Source of the DNA: Eukaryota sp. TZLM1-RC
Lineage: Eukaryota; Protista; Metamonada: BaSk clade
NCBI GenBank assembly: GCA_040285825.1
Contig: JAUPSS010000004.1
Span: 5,299,784 to 5,363,783 of the forward strand
Length of the DNA stretch: 64,000 nt
Direction of reading: 5' to 3'
This document shows, piece after piece, positions 49,701 to 60,590 of the stretch. Numbering within the stretch: the first letter of the stretch is position 1; each line of letters begins with the position of its first letter. The position numbers and the translations under genes are program-made. The notes under the pieces are model-generated. The model did no database searches, was not told where the DNA came from, and saw only the letters and a program-made list of their open reading frames with translations.

Positions 49701-52700
49701 TAACTCATCAATTAAAACAACCTGATCTGGGGCCTCGTACGTCAACTTGATTGGGTTCACCTGCTTTTTCAAAGAATTGCATGCCTTGACAAAATTAGGT
49801 AAATCCTTGCTTGTGATTGAAATGCCGTTTTTGTCATTGACCTGCACACCATATTCGTAAAGTTTGCTAACGATAGCAGAAATTGGAACACCCTTCAATT
49901 TGGATTGTGGCAGAAAGTAATTGAAGTAAACATCATACCCTTGTGCAAGCATCTGATTAAACGCTTCATGACATTGTTTTGAAGAGGAAAAGCTCAACTT
50001 GAATACAGGAATAAACTCATGACTTAGTTTAGGGGTAGCCATTTTATTCCTGGAACGTCCAGAGGGATTGGTGAAAGAGTATTCGAATGGTTGAAATAAA
50101 TGAGAAGACTGGATATTTTGTTTGGCGACTGCATAATCTGTTGGATTCCCAGAAACTTTGAAACTTTTGGTACTGTTGAATTGCTTATTACCATGTTCCT
50201 CAACGCGTACACTGGACCTATTAATTACACCAGTTAATTGCTTTATAGTAGTTCCTTTAGGCAAATCATAAAAAAATCCAGTCATTGTACCCCCACCAAT
50301 AGGTTCTACATTGCATTTATATTGTCTTTCGATTTCCTTAGCATTTGTAACAGTCCTGCACATAAAAGATTCTCTAAACTTGCACGACTTACTTTCCTCC
50401 TCCACAACATCCTCCTTGAGTACACCTGCTTCAGTCAACTGCTTCATAACAGTTTCAAACAGTTCTTCACTAACTGGAGGTAATGTAACAAACCCTCTTT
50501 TGTGAGTAGCATGGTCACCACAATCGTGCAGTTGTTGCCTACTCAAACGGCCTAATGAATACTGGATAGGGACTTTACTTTCTTGGGATATTTCGCGAAT
50601 TAACCTTGCTCCAATTGCTCCATTAATAAATTCCTCAAATTCGTTACGTCGCTCATCAGCCGGACGCTTTAAACAAAGAGTGGGTCCCGGAACATCCAAA
50701 TTATCTAAAACAAGACCTTCACGAATAGAAAACGAATAATTATCAAAATGGAAAACTTTCACTTCTTCTAGTTTGGAACTCATTAAGAGATTGACTTCTT
50801 TTTGACACTTTTCTTTTATTGAACCCAAAACATCCAGAGGTCCAGTTGCGACAATATTAGCTTCAATATAATCAAGCTCAACAAAATGAATAATAGAATT
50901 CCGAGGTTGTTCAGCTTGAAAAGTTCTAAATGAACGTAGAAAACGAGTAAAGTAAAAACTACCAACATTACGATGAAGAATTTCTTTAGATAATTGGATA
51001 GACTTGTGTTGAATGGTATCAAGTAGTTTTGGAGGAATCAACGATGAATCAATCTGGTGGAGTAAATTAACAAAAGCACAAACTCCATTGTCAGTTATAG
51101 ATAATCCTACACCATAATTACTTGAAGGCTTTTTCGAAGCCAAACAAGATTCCCTGGCAATTCTTCCTTTTAAAGTAGAATCCAAGAGAAAAAGATCGGT
51201 TCTTCCAGGGATTGAGGACTCTAGAAACTGGCAGATTTGTTCTGGGAAGCATTGTGATAAAGCCTCACTGATCACATTATTCAGATCAGAGCTTTCTGCA
51301 TCATGAGAAAGTTTTTCTTGAAGAAAACTGGCACCTTTAAAGCATTGAGTTACTTGACTGGCGGTGGAAAGAACAGTACTACAGACTTTGTTGTTCAAAG
51401 CATTTTCCCTGGCATATACCTTGGCCAAATGCATCTTTTTATCGGCCACATCCTTCCATTGAGAGTACACTGAGCAAAGGAAAAGTAAATCGCTTTCAAA
51501 ATTACGAGCAACTTTTAAACGTTTTTCCTGCACTCGTTGTTTTTCTTCGTGAGTACCTTGACCAAAGAAAAATATGGATCCTGGGGCAGAAATAATAGAT
51601 GCAATAATGGCTCCAGTCTCAAGATGGCCTTTACACCCACAGAGATAAACGAAATAGGAAAGTCTAACGTCCAAGCTTTGCTCAAAGAAAAACTTGCCAA
51701 GATCGTTAACTTCACAATGAGATTTGAGACAACCAAAAGCATCTAAAAGGTCGAGTGAGTTAACCAAATCTTGTTCGTCAGGTCTATCCATGAGCTCAAA
51801 AGTGATTGGATTTTGACCCAACATAAGGAGCTTCAAAACTACAAAATCTAAGGAAGATCGAAGTATTTCAGGTTCAATTGAGTCCCTTTCGAGATCTTCT
51901 TCATAGTTATAAAGTCTTAAACAATGACCCTCGCTTAATCTACCAGCACGACCTTTCCGTTGGTTAGCCGAAGATTTAGATATGAAAACTTCTTGGAGAA
52001 TAGTGATTCTTCTCTTGGGACAATATCTGGCCTCCTTAGCAAGACCAGTGTCCACTACAAGTTTAATTCCTGGAACTGTTAGTGACGTTTCAGCTACATT
52101 TGTACAGAAACAAACCATTCTATAGTTACCGTCAGTTTTGATACTCTTGTCAAAACTTAGAACATTTCGTTGTTGATCCGAAGACAGTTTTCCATGCAGG
52201 GGAAATACCTCAATGTGACATTCCTCATGGTTTCTTGTTAAAATTAATCGTTTCATCTTGTCAACGGACAGCTCAATCTCCTTTGCCCCAGAGCAAAACA
52301 CTAAAACATGTCCATTAGGGGTGCAATTTTCGTAATAACAAGGATTATGCATGGCTGAATAAACAATTTCAGGTAAATCTTCAATTAAAGTCTCCTTATT
52401 GACCATTTCCTCCTTTAAACTAACATTAAATAGTCGACCGGGGACACGGAGAGCCAGATTTTTATCAACATTGGGTCCTCAGAAAAACTGCAAAAAAGGA
52501 GTAGGATCAATAGTAGCTGAAGCAATAATAACTCGAAAATCATCTCGCTGTTGGAGAATCAGTTTGGCAATTCCCAGAACAATATCAGTATCCAAGCTAC
52601 GTTCATGAGCTTCATCAATGATCAAGACTTTTACATCTGATAGTAGGAGATCTTTTGCAGCTTTGCGGATTAAGGACCCATCAGTAGTCAGTATTATTTC

Positions 52701-54263
52701 CTCACCATTTACGTTCTTTTGTCCAACCTTATAACCAACATTATTACCGGGTTGAGTACCATCATATTCCATGGCAATAAAATCTGCTAGGGAAAAAGCG
52801 GCAATTGCTCTTGGCTGAGTGCACACAACCTTGAAGTTACCTTTACCAAACTTTTTGAAACAATATTCGGCGCTGAATTGAGGGAGCTGAGTTGTCTTAC
52901 CAGATCCTGTTTCAGCTATACAAACCAAAACTTTTTCATTCTCCATACGATTAACAATATCATTATAAGCGTGTAAAATAGGCAATCCCGTCTCTTCACG
53001 GTGCCTCCATCTTTGTTTCACACTTTTAGTTTTACTTTTCCTACGATCTTGTTTGCGATTTGCATTATTATGGTATATTTTAGGATTACGATCTTCATTT
53101 GACACAACTGACGATGTTTCACTATCAAAATTGTGATTGATCTGATGTTGATAACGCACAATCAAATCTCTACCATTAACATTAATAGAGTTACCTTGAA
53201 CCAGCATCACCGCGTCATTTGCATCTTGAACTGTAACACTAGCCCTAATCGCCTTACATCCTTCACTGAAGAAAGCTACAAAGGACGAGGTTGTGATATC
53301 CAGGGAATGAATCTGCGTGACAACGTCTATGACCTCATCAGAAGATAAAAGAGGAAAAACAAATACCTTTCTTGTATTCACACTTTCCTCAGTTGGGACT
53401 AAAGCTTTCTTTCTTCTTATACCATATCTTAAATCGCTTTCAATGCCATCACTATTTTGACTTAATTGGTGGAGATATTCAGCCGTCAATTCAACATTGT
53501 GTTCACTAGCCAACTGATTAAACATCTTGATGTGGAAAAAATAATCAAAAGAAACCCACCTGGCAGGTTTTTTCTTGGTTTTACGGCTCTCCAAATGAAT
53601 AGGTGTGCCCTCAAAAAAATAGTCATCAGAAAAGTAATACTCTAATTGGAAAAGAAGTGCTTCATCAGTGGAAAGATTGGTGAGGAAGTCCAGCTGCTTT
53701 CGCTGTACGGAGGGTCCAACAGTGAAAAAGTTGTGGTGATAGGTGTCATGTACAGGATAAGCAGGGTTTAGTGTAAAAACTCCATTTCGATAGAAGTAGA
53801 TAAAGTAGAAGCCATCGACTAGGGTGAGATCGTGAGAAAGTACGTCTGGAAACTTGTTATGATTGAATAAAATATAACTATCAGGAAGGACACAAGGATC
53901 AGAAATAGCAGTGGAAGAGACATATACAGAAATTGAAGGAATCTCCGATAGTGGAGAAACGTTCCAGAAGAGGGAGACAACACGAGACTGTGGGGATGAT
54001 GCTTGTAAAATTGGAGTCTTACAATGGCCACGGCCTCTATCAGTTCCTCTTCCACGACCACGGCCTCTATCAGTTCCTCTTCCACGACCACGACCTCTAT
54101 CAGTTCCTCTTCCACGACCACGACCTCTATCAGTTCCTCTTCCATGACCACATGAAGAATTTCCTCTGTCTCCTCGTCTTCCGCGGTGACGATTACCTCT
54201 ACCTCTGCCACAGTGAGAAGCAGAATGGGAATCAATTGCGACTTCCGTTGTGTTATGTAACAA
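46775..54263 (-). pseudogene. Giant multidomain gene: RG repeats - La motif - DEAH helicase/HA2 - RING/IBR - PARP-like - WWE x2 - nucleotidyltransferase; four lesions; true start uncertain
   Basis: QLEYYFSD; ETGSGKTTQLPQ, DEAHER, ASAT, TNVAETSLT, QRKGRAGR; CCFC..CGHSFCKEC..CPNC; AWHGT..GFD..GPGEYF; WYWQDD..WEQY and WQYFDQGLWRQY; FGGYIRD..NDIDV. Lesions: TGA 52479-52481, 2-nt shift at about 48238, TAA 47374-47376, 1-nt shift at about 47057. Confidence 0.8.
54028..54151. repeat. 30-bp coding tandem repeat x4 (GRGRGRGTDR on the minus strand)
   Basis: Unit ccacg(g/a)cctctatcagttcctcttccacga, contiguous with no spacers. Confidence 0.93.
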
Positions 54264-54360
54264 GTAATCATGCTACGTTGAGAAGTAACCATAAAGCAAA
54301 CATTTGAAGAGTGACTCATAATTGTAGTTGAGCAAAATATTGAAAATTTCAAAAATGTGG

Positions 54361-55268
54361 TAATAATATTTGCAGCTCGGCTGTTTTAAATCAAGATCTC
54401 CACTCATTGTTATTGGAAAACGGTGTTTGTGAAAACAAGGTCAGATTCTTCACTTTTTGTAACCATTGTACCACGAAGATTTGGATTGTGTGCTACTAAT
54501 GAAGCATTTGTTACAAAAATGAGATTATATTTGAACATCCCCATTAACCAATTATTATCAAAAGAAAAATGTATTTGTTCGAATTCACCTCAACTCACTT
54601 TGCGCCATGCTCTAAATTGCTCTAAATTGATAACTTATCGTTCTTCATTACATGATGCTGTTAGAGACACTGTTTTCAATATGGCACAAACTGCAAGAAA
54701 ATCGTGTTTTAAAGAGCCTCTGCTGAAGGAAACACTTTCCCTGAATAATTTTGGTTCTGATGATAGAGGTGATGTATACTGTGATTGGATTGATAATTCT
54801 GAAGCTATTGTTGACTTTGTCTCATGTAATGTTGCAAACGATACTTTGGTTCACAGAAGAAAACTTAATCCTGTGGCTGCTCTGGATTTTAAAGCAAAAG
54901 AAAAACATAGAAAATATGATAAAGAAATTGAAGATGCAAATATCGATAGAAATACACAGCTGGTTTTTATTGCTTTTCCATTTTCGATAAATGGAAGATT
55001 ATCAGTTGAAGCAGAAACTTTTTTGGATGACTTCCAAAAAATGGTGAAAGAAAAAACAATGAAAAGATTTGATATTTTTTTATGGCGTTCACGGATTCAA
55101 TTTGCCATTATTAATAGATTACCGCGGTTTTTCAATCGAATTAGAGAAGCTTTAGCTAGACAGCAAGCAAATCAAGATTTTGTAGAGGAAATCTTGGTTT
55201 AATGATAGTCGTCCCATTAGTTATGATTTAATTTAATCAAGTGTGCAAATTCAATAAATTAATAAAAT
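54361..55268 (+). mobile_element. Family A 3' fragment with 36-bp TSD
   Basis: TAGTTGAGCAAAATATTGAAAATTTCAAAAATGTGG at 54325-54360 and 55269-55304. Confidence 0.94.
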
Positions 55269-55324
55269 TAGTTGAGCAAAATATTGAAAATTTCAAAAAT
55301 GTGGAAACAAAAGAATACATCAAA

Positions 55325-55635
55325 TATCCATCAGAACCAAAATTATTCAATGACAGAGCTTCTTTCAGCAGGGGCTCTTTGATACACGATATCCTTGCAG
55401 TTTGTGCTATATTGAAAACAGTGTCTCTGACAGCATCATGTAATGAAGAACGATAAGTTATCAATTCGAACAATACAGAGCATCGCGCAAAGTTAGCTGT
55501 GGTGAATTCAATCAAATACATTTTGTTAATAATAATTGATTAATGGGGATATTCTAATATTATGTCAGTTATGTTATAAACGCTTCTTTAGGAGCACACA
55601 GTCTAAATCGTCGTGGTACAATGGTTACAAAAAGT
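55325..55635 (-). mobile_element. Older internal family A fragment
   Basis: ITYRSSLHDAVRDTVFNIAQTARISCIKEPLL, diverged from the other copies. Confidence 0.8.
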
Positions 55636-55807
55636 TTTGCCGTTGGGCATTATGCTAGCTGGGTGTTAGTATAAATGTATGTGTAAGGCGGGTTAAGATA
55701 AACATAATTTGATTTAATGTCATTCTATAAAAACAATGATTTACATTCGAATGAGGTATTCACGAATTTGAGCAAATAACACCAATTTAACTATAACAAA
55801 CCAAAAC

Positions 55808-56446
55808 CTACTCACTAGTAAACTTATCCAATTCTAACTGCAACTTACCTAGACCCACACCAATAACATTGTAAATGCAACCATTTAAAGACTTCTTTAA
55901 CTGACTTCCTACTTCTGAATCAATAAAATACCCACCACAAGAATAGTAACATTCCCCCAGTTTAATATAATCAGAAATCCATTGACTGGACACGTCATTA
56001 AACGTCACCAAAGTGGTCTCCGTATATGTTTTCATCTTTATTTCGCTTTTTTGCTTTTGTAGAAGAGTCACGCCGGTGATTAAGGAATGAGTATTACCTT
56101 GGAGCAAAGATAGCATAGAATGGGCTTCTTCAGGGGTTTTGGGCTTACCCAGGACTTGATCCTGGAAGACGGTCATGCTGTCAGTTCCAATAAATATGTC
56201 AGAGAGGTGAGGATTAGCATCCAGTACAGAGAGAGCTTTGAGTTGAGAGAGAGATGAAACGAGGAGGTATGGGTCAGTAAAGTTAATAGAACTTTCATCA
56301 AAATGGGACGGAATTGCTTTAAGATAAGGGAAGATAGACTTTAATACATTGAAGCGTCCTTTAGATGTAGAAGCCAATATGACATTTTCAGGAAGATTAA
56401 AAGAGCGTTTTTTGGCTAGACAACAACTATTGCAGTGACATGTCAT
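55808..56446 (-). CDS. Maf-family nucleoside triphosphate pyrophosphatase
   Basis: VILASTSKGR, PSHFDES, IGTDSM, VLGKPKTPEEAHSMLSLLQGNTHSLITGV, GCIYNVIG. Confidence 0.88.
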   Translation of the reverse strand: MTCHCNSCCLAKKRSFNLPENVILASTSKGRFNVLKSIFPYLKAIPSHFDESSINFTDPYLLVSSLSQLKALSVLDANPHLSDIFIGTDSMTVFQDQVLGKPKTPEEAHSMLSLLQGNTHSLITGVTLLQKQKSEIKMKTYTETTLVTFNDVSSQWISDYIKLGECYYSCGGYFIDSEVGSQLKKSLNGCIYNVIGVGLGKLQLELDKFTSE

Positions 56447-56460
56447 TTGTTACAGCTATA

Positions 56461-56480
56461 GTCTATAACAATGAAATAAG
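56461..56480 (-). promoter_or_regulatory. Conserved 20-nt motif, copy 3 (CTTATTTCATTGTTATAGAC), 14 nt before the Maf ATG
   Basis: Near-identical to the copies at 342-361 and 25540-25559. Confidence 0.7.
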
Positions 56481-56530
56481 TGTCCTTTTTGAAGCAGTGT
56501 AGAGGGACTGAGTTTCTGAGAAATGGAAGA

Positions 56531-56818
56531 TTATAACTGCAATACCTTCTTTGAACGTTGGCTCTTTGCAGGTGTAATGGTCAACCAGCCTCCACCATTT
56601 ACATTAGCTTCTATTACCACCAACTTATTTAGCGAAGCATTTCTATCTCTGTTCCACAAACTCCCGCATGATTTACACATGGTAAGCCCGTGATGAATAG
56701 ACATCTCGTACCACTTGATGGTTTTGTATTTATGTACCATCTCAATGTTGCAATTGTGTTTTCTACTTTCTCGCAATTAAAACAATAACAACTGGTTCGA
56801 TATTCATCAATTAAACAA
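56531..56818 (-). pseudogene. Fanzor1-like nuclease C, C-terminal remnant (frameshifted)
   Basis: LIDEYRTSCYCFNC (about 56814-56773), then in another frame HGLTMCKSCGSLWNRDRNASLN: RuvC-II, Zn ribbon, RuvC-III. Confidence 0.8.
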
Positions 56819-56820
56819 AA

Positions 56821-58690
56821 CTTTTTTTAAATAGTATTTATTTATTAAACAACTTATAAATCAACATCTAAATAATCCATCTCTCCCAAAACAAAAAAAC
56901 TAGATGCAAATTTTTCATAGTGAGCTTCAATAGAAAGCAAAACATCAGAAACCATCTCCAAGATCCCCTTAAAAATGGAACACACATTTCTATTTTGCCA
57001 AAAAAGTCTTTTTAAATTTCTACTGGCCCTGTTTTTACAAGCATTTCAGAATCTGTTAAAAATCGTAAAGCAATGGGAGCTAATGAAGTTCACATTTAGT
57101 GAAACAAATGGAGAAAATACAAATGGATACAATTTGTATTTTGCATGCTGTTGGTTGGACAATTTGGACAATGGTTTACTATAGTATTTGATTTTGAAAT
57201 TATCAGCATTTGAAAGAGGATTATGATTTTAGAATTGGCTAACCCTTCATTATTTGAGACATAACAAGGGTCAACAAACATTTCATCCACTAGAAATAAG
57301 GTTCCATCACTTTTATTATTTTTATGAAGAACATCGTCAGCATCAAACAGATTTGACAATATGGATTCCAAACAGGATTCAATTCTATGAGACTTGCACA
57401 TACAATGTAATTGGTCTCTTCAGCATCATGAACCTTGCTTCCACAGGTAATAAAATGTTTACAATTTAAAAAATGATTAATGTCAATTTTTCGACTACAT
57501 TTGTAAATTATGTTGTAAGGTACCTTATCAAGCCAGATAAAGGAATGAAGTCTCATATTCAAAGACCAGTCAGAATCATTCAATGGAGGTCATAAACTGG
57601 AGGGATGGTTGTTACTAATGCGGAAGACGTACTGTCACACATATCCTGTAAAATCAAAATTAATTCTTGATGATCCCAATATTGATAGTACGCGTTACAA
57701 CAGAGCTTCTATGGGTCTGACTAGAGGTGATTTAGTTGTTCCTGGTTTAAATGGTAGTTTTACTATTTTGGACGCCATGTCTATTGACCCTTGTAATTCC
57801 TCTAACGTACATTTCATTAACTCGGATGTAAATAATCCTCTTCTTGCAGGCGAATAATATAAAATTGCTAAATATGCGAAACCCATTTCCTCGGTTAATG
57901 AAAATTCTCATGCCCAATATAATTTATGTCCATTTGTTTTTTCTTTGCTTGGATCTCTAGGTAAGGCTGCTATGGCTTTCCTTGAGGATTTTGTTGTAGT
58001 TGTAAAGGAAAGAACTGGAAGAATTTTCAATCGTGTTTACTGGCAAAACAGGATTGTATTTTCTATTTTTAAGGGAATGGTAACACTAATTTCTGATTCA
58101 CTATCTTCTTTTGGGAAATTTTCTGAATCTTTAGCGATTAATTGTTTTGATGTAGGGGAGGCAGGTTTTGAGGATGTGGAGTTTTAATTGTGTATTTCAT
58201 ATTTGTTGTTGAATAAAAATAAATAATATAAAAAAAATATCCTGTAAAAAGTCTGCAAATGGGTGAGATCACAAGATCTTAAAATATCGGCTATTCTTTC
58301 ATTTAAGCAAATTTTAAGCATGAAAAGATCAATATGTTTTTCAAAATCCAAAGAAACAGTTGACTCAAGTTCACATCTCATTTTTCCAAAAAAAACATTG
58401 TAATTCATTCTGAATTTGAGGCACATTTCTAACCAGCAACCAAGAAAATAAAAGCCTCACTATTGTAATTAGTGAAAGGAACAGCAGATTCTTTAAATCA
58501 CAAGGTCTTGAGCAGAAGAACCAATCAGAAGGCTTTCATTCGTATTTAAATGAAGCTCTATAGTTTCAAATGAATTATCAATTTTTTTGAGCCACCAGTT
58601 GCATTAAATCAAATGGACCAATGAGAGAAATGTTATCTGTGTAAGCAACTGTTTAAAGAGAGGGGTATTTTTGCATGAGGGTATCTAAAC
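56821..58690 (-). mobile_element. Decayed family E copy, interrupted by a family D copy
   Basis: Similar to 21990-22670. Reading (PFADFLQD-MCDSTSSALVT) resumes across the insertion. The 5' limit is approximate. Confidence 0.78.
57654..58236 (+). mobile_element. Family D 3' fragment with 13-bp TSD ATATCCTGTAAAA
   Basis: TSD at 57641-57653 and 58237-58249. Near-identical to about 29765-30330. Confidence 0.92.
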
Positions 58691-58789
58691 TGTGATGAAT
58701 AGCAAAACACAAAACATATCAAAATTGTTGATCTAAAAGATCAACTTTGATCTTAAAGAATTTTCACAGATATTATCCTTCCTGGTAAT

Positions 58790-59200
58790 CATTTGGCTTG
58801 TGGTGCACTTACTTGTTTGGATTGTCATGTAGCTTTATTCACTGCTTCCACGACATCAAAATACTGTTGGTCAGAACTATATGCTGATCACATCATTCCC
58901 AAACATCAATTTATTTGCCCATATAAGGGTGAGACTAAGTTTTTTGACAACCATCAAAACGCTGTAAGATATTGTGACGCTTTCAACCCCAGATATCGTT
59001 TCAAATCAATGCAGTGTCCATTAAAAGTAATCTGTAGTTAAGAAGTAATGAAAATCAGGAATTCACAAGGTTCGCAAATGATGCAAGAACTTATCTGAAT
59101 GCACATGTTGCTGTTGAGGATCTATTGATTTTCTATCCATTGCGAAAAATTGAACAACACGAGGAATTGTTGGTCGACCATGGCCCTCAAATATGTTGTG
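58790..59200 (+). pseudogene. Decayed SET-domain gene
   Basis: ELYADHIIPKHQFICPYKGE then RFANDA..NA..LRKIEQHEELLVDHG, with stops and shifts. Confidence 0.5.
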
Positions 59201-59789
59201 AGACTTGGTTGTATGGATAAACAGTTCTTAGCGGTGTGTGTGTATAATTAAAGTGTAGATAGAGAAGCAATTAACATTGTCAAAAAAATTTCAGAAAATG
59301 ATTAAACACAAAATTCACATTTAAATTATAAATACAATTCATTTTTCATTATACAATCTTGAGAATGTTAAAACAAATAGAAATGTAGAAGAGATGCGCA
59401 CATAGCAGGTGGCAATGATCAAATTCGATCTCTAGATTGTTATGTGACACTACATCAAACGTGTAAGATCTGTCTCAACAACATTGATAAACAGCCAATT
59501 TTTCAATAAAAGCTTTTATTAATTGTATTAATTATTATTAATAACTATATAGTATAACAAAACAGTAGTTAACTACCTTTATCTACCTAGAACAAGATAA
59601 AAGAGACAGCAGATATCGACTTATGCCTGATCATGTTATGGTCATTCCAGCAGTATGCTAAGTGAAGATTGTGATGGTCAACAAAATGATTCCTTATCAT
59701 AGTCTTTGTCAATATTGAATCCCTCACACAATTTTACTCATTAAGTTCCACTGCGTCTTGAAACTGTAAATCTAACACTTTCCTACTAG

Positions 59790-60590
59790 ATCACATTATA
59801 CTCGACTCAATTACCGATCTATCAAAAAGGATGGAGTTAAATCCATCTCAAGCAGCTCAGCCCATTCACTTCTCCTCGCCTGTTCTGTTGACGTTCATGG
59901 TTGGGGCATGATGTTCATGGTAAAGTTCAATTTAACGGACCTGAAACCTAAAATCCTCACATTACCAATCAAATTGCCATTAAACCATATACTATTTGTC
60001 CTAACTGGTGCTAAGTACTCTCGTGCCCTTTCTTCTGAAGGGAAGTTATATGGTTGGGGCTGCAATGTGTTCAAGCAAATCAATGTGGTCAACACCCATT
60101 GACTACGAATAACCCTTATACACATTCCTTTTAATATTAAGGAAGTTTATGGTGGTAGCCAATGTTCATGTGCTTTGAAGACCAGGTCATTCAATGGGGA
60201 GATCATTTGCCATTTGAATTAATTGAAGGCTTGGTTATCCATGTTGATGATAGTTCGTTTATTGGAATGGATAGATGTGGCGATCTTTTCTATTGGAATC
60301 TTGATCGTTTAACTCAAATACCAGTAAAGCGTCACTTAATTTAAAAAGAACTATGTAAGGAGCCCTTCTCGTTTGATCGTAACAATTTAGTCCTGATAGA
60401 TATTAATTGTGATGTTTGGGAGGTTGATTTTGAAGATTCTTTCATTAAAAAACCCACCAAAGTTAAAGGTTTAACCAATATTGTTTCTGTTACAGGATGT
60501 GAACGTTTTTTTCTTGCTATTAATTATAAAGGTAAAGTTTTTGTGTGGGGAGAGTTGAGTGGAATAAGTAATTTTTACTTACTAACTTGA
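59790..60590 (+). pseudogene. Decayed RCC1-repeat gene
   Basis: TGAKYSRALSSEGKLYGWGCN and GCERFFLAINYKGKVFVWG among stops. Confidence 0.55.

Noticed and set aside
19667-52481. Stop-codon reassignment suggested by many in-frame stops
   Set aside because: TAA, TAG and TGA all occur as lesions alongside frameshifts, only in mobile or accessory genes. Conserved genes have no internal stops and terminate with all three codons.
54028-54151. CRISPR-like 30-bp repeats
   Set aside because: Contiguous with no spacers; in-frame RG-rich coding repeat.
53819-54352. Alternative-frame and antisense ORFs over repeats and large genes (also 601-864, 2933-4496, 11247-11486 and similar)
   Set aside because: Shadows of real coding frames or of the 30-bp repeat.
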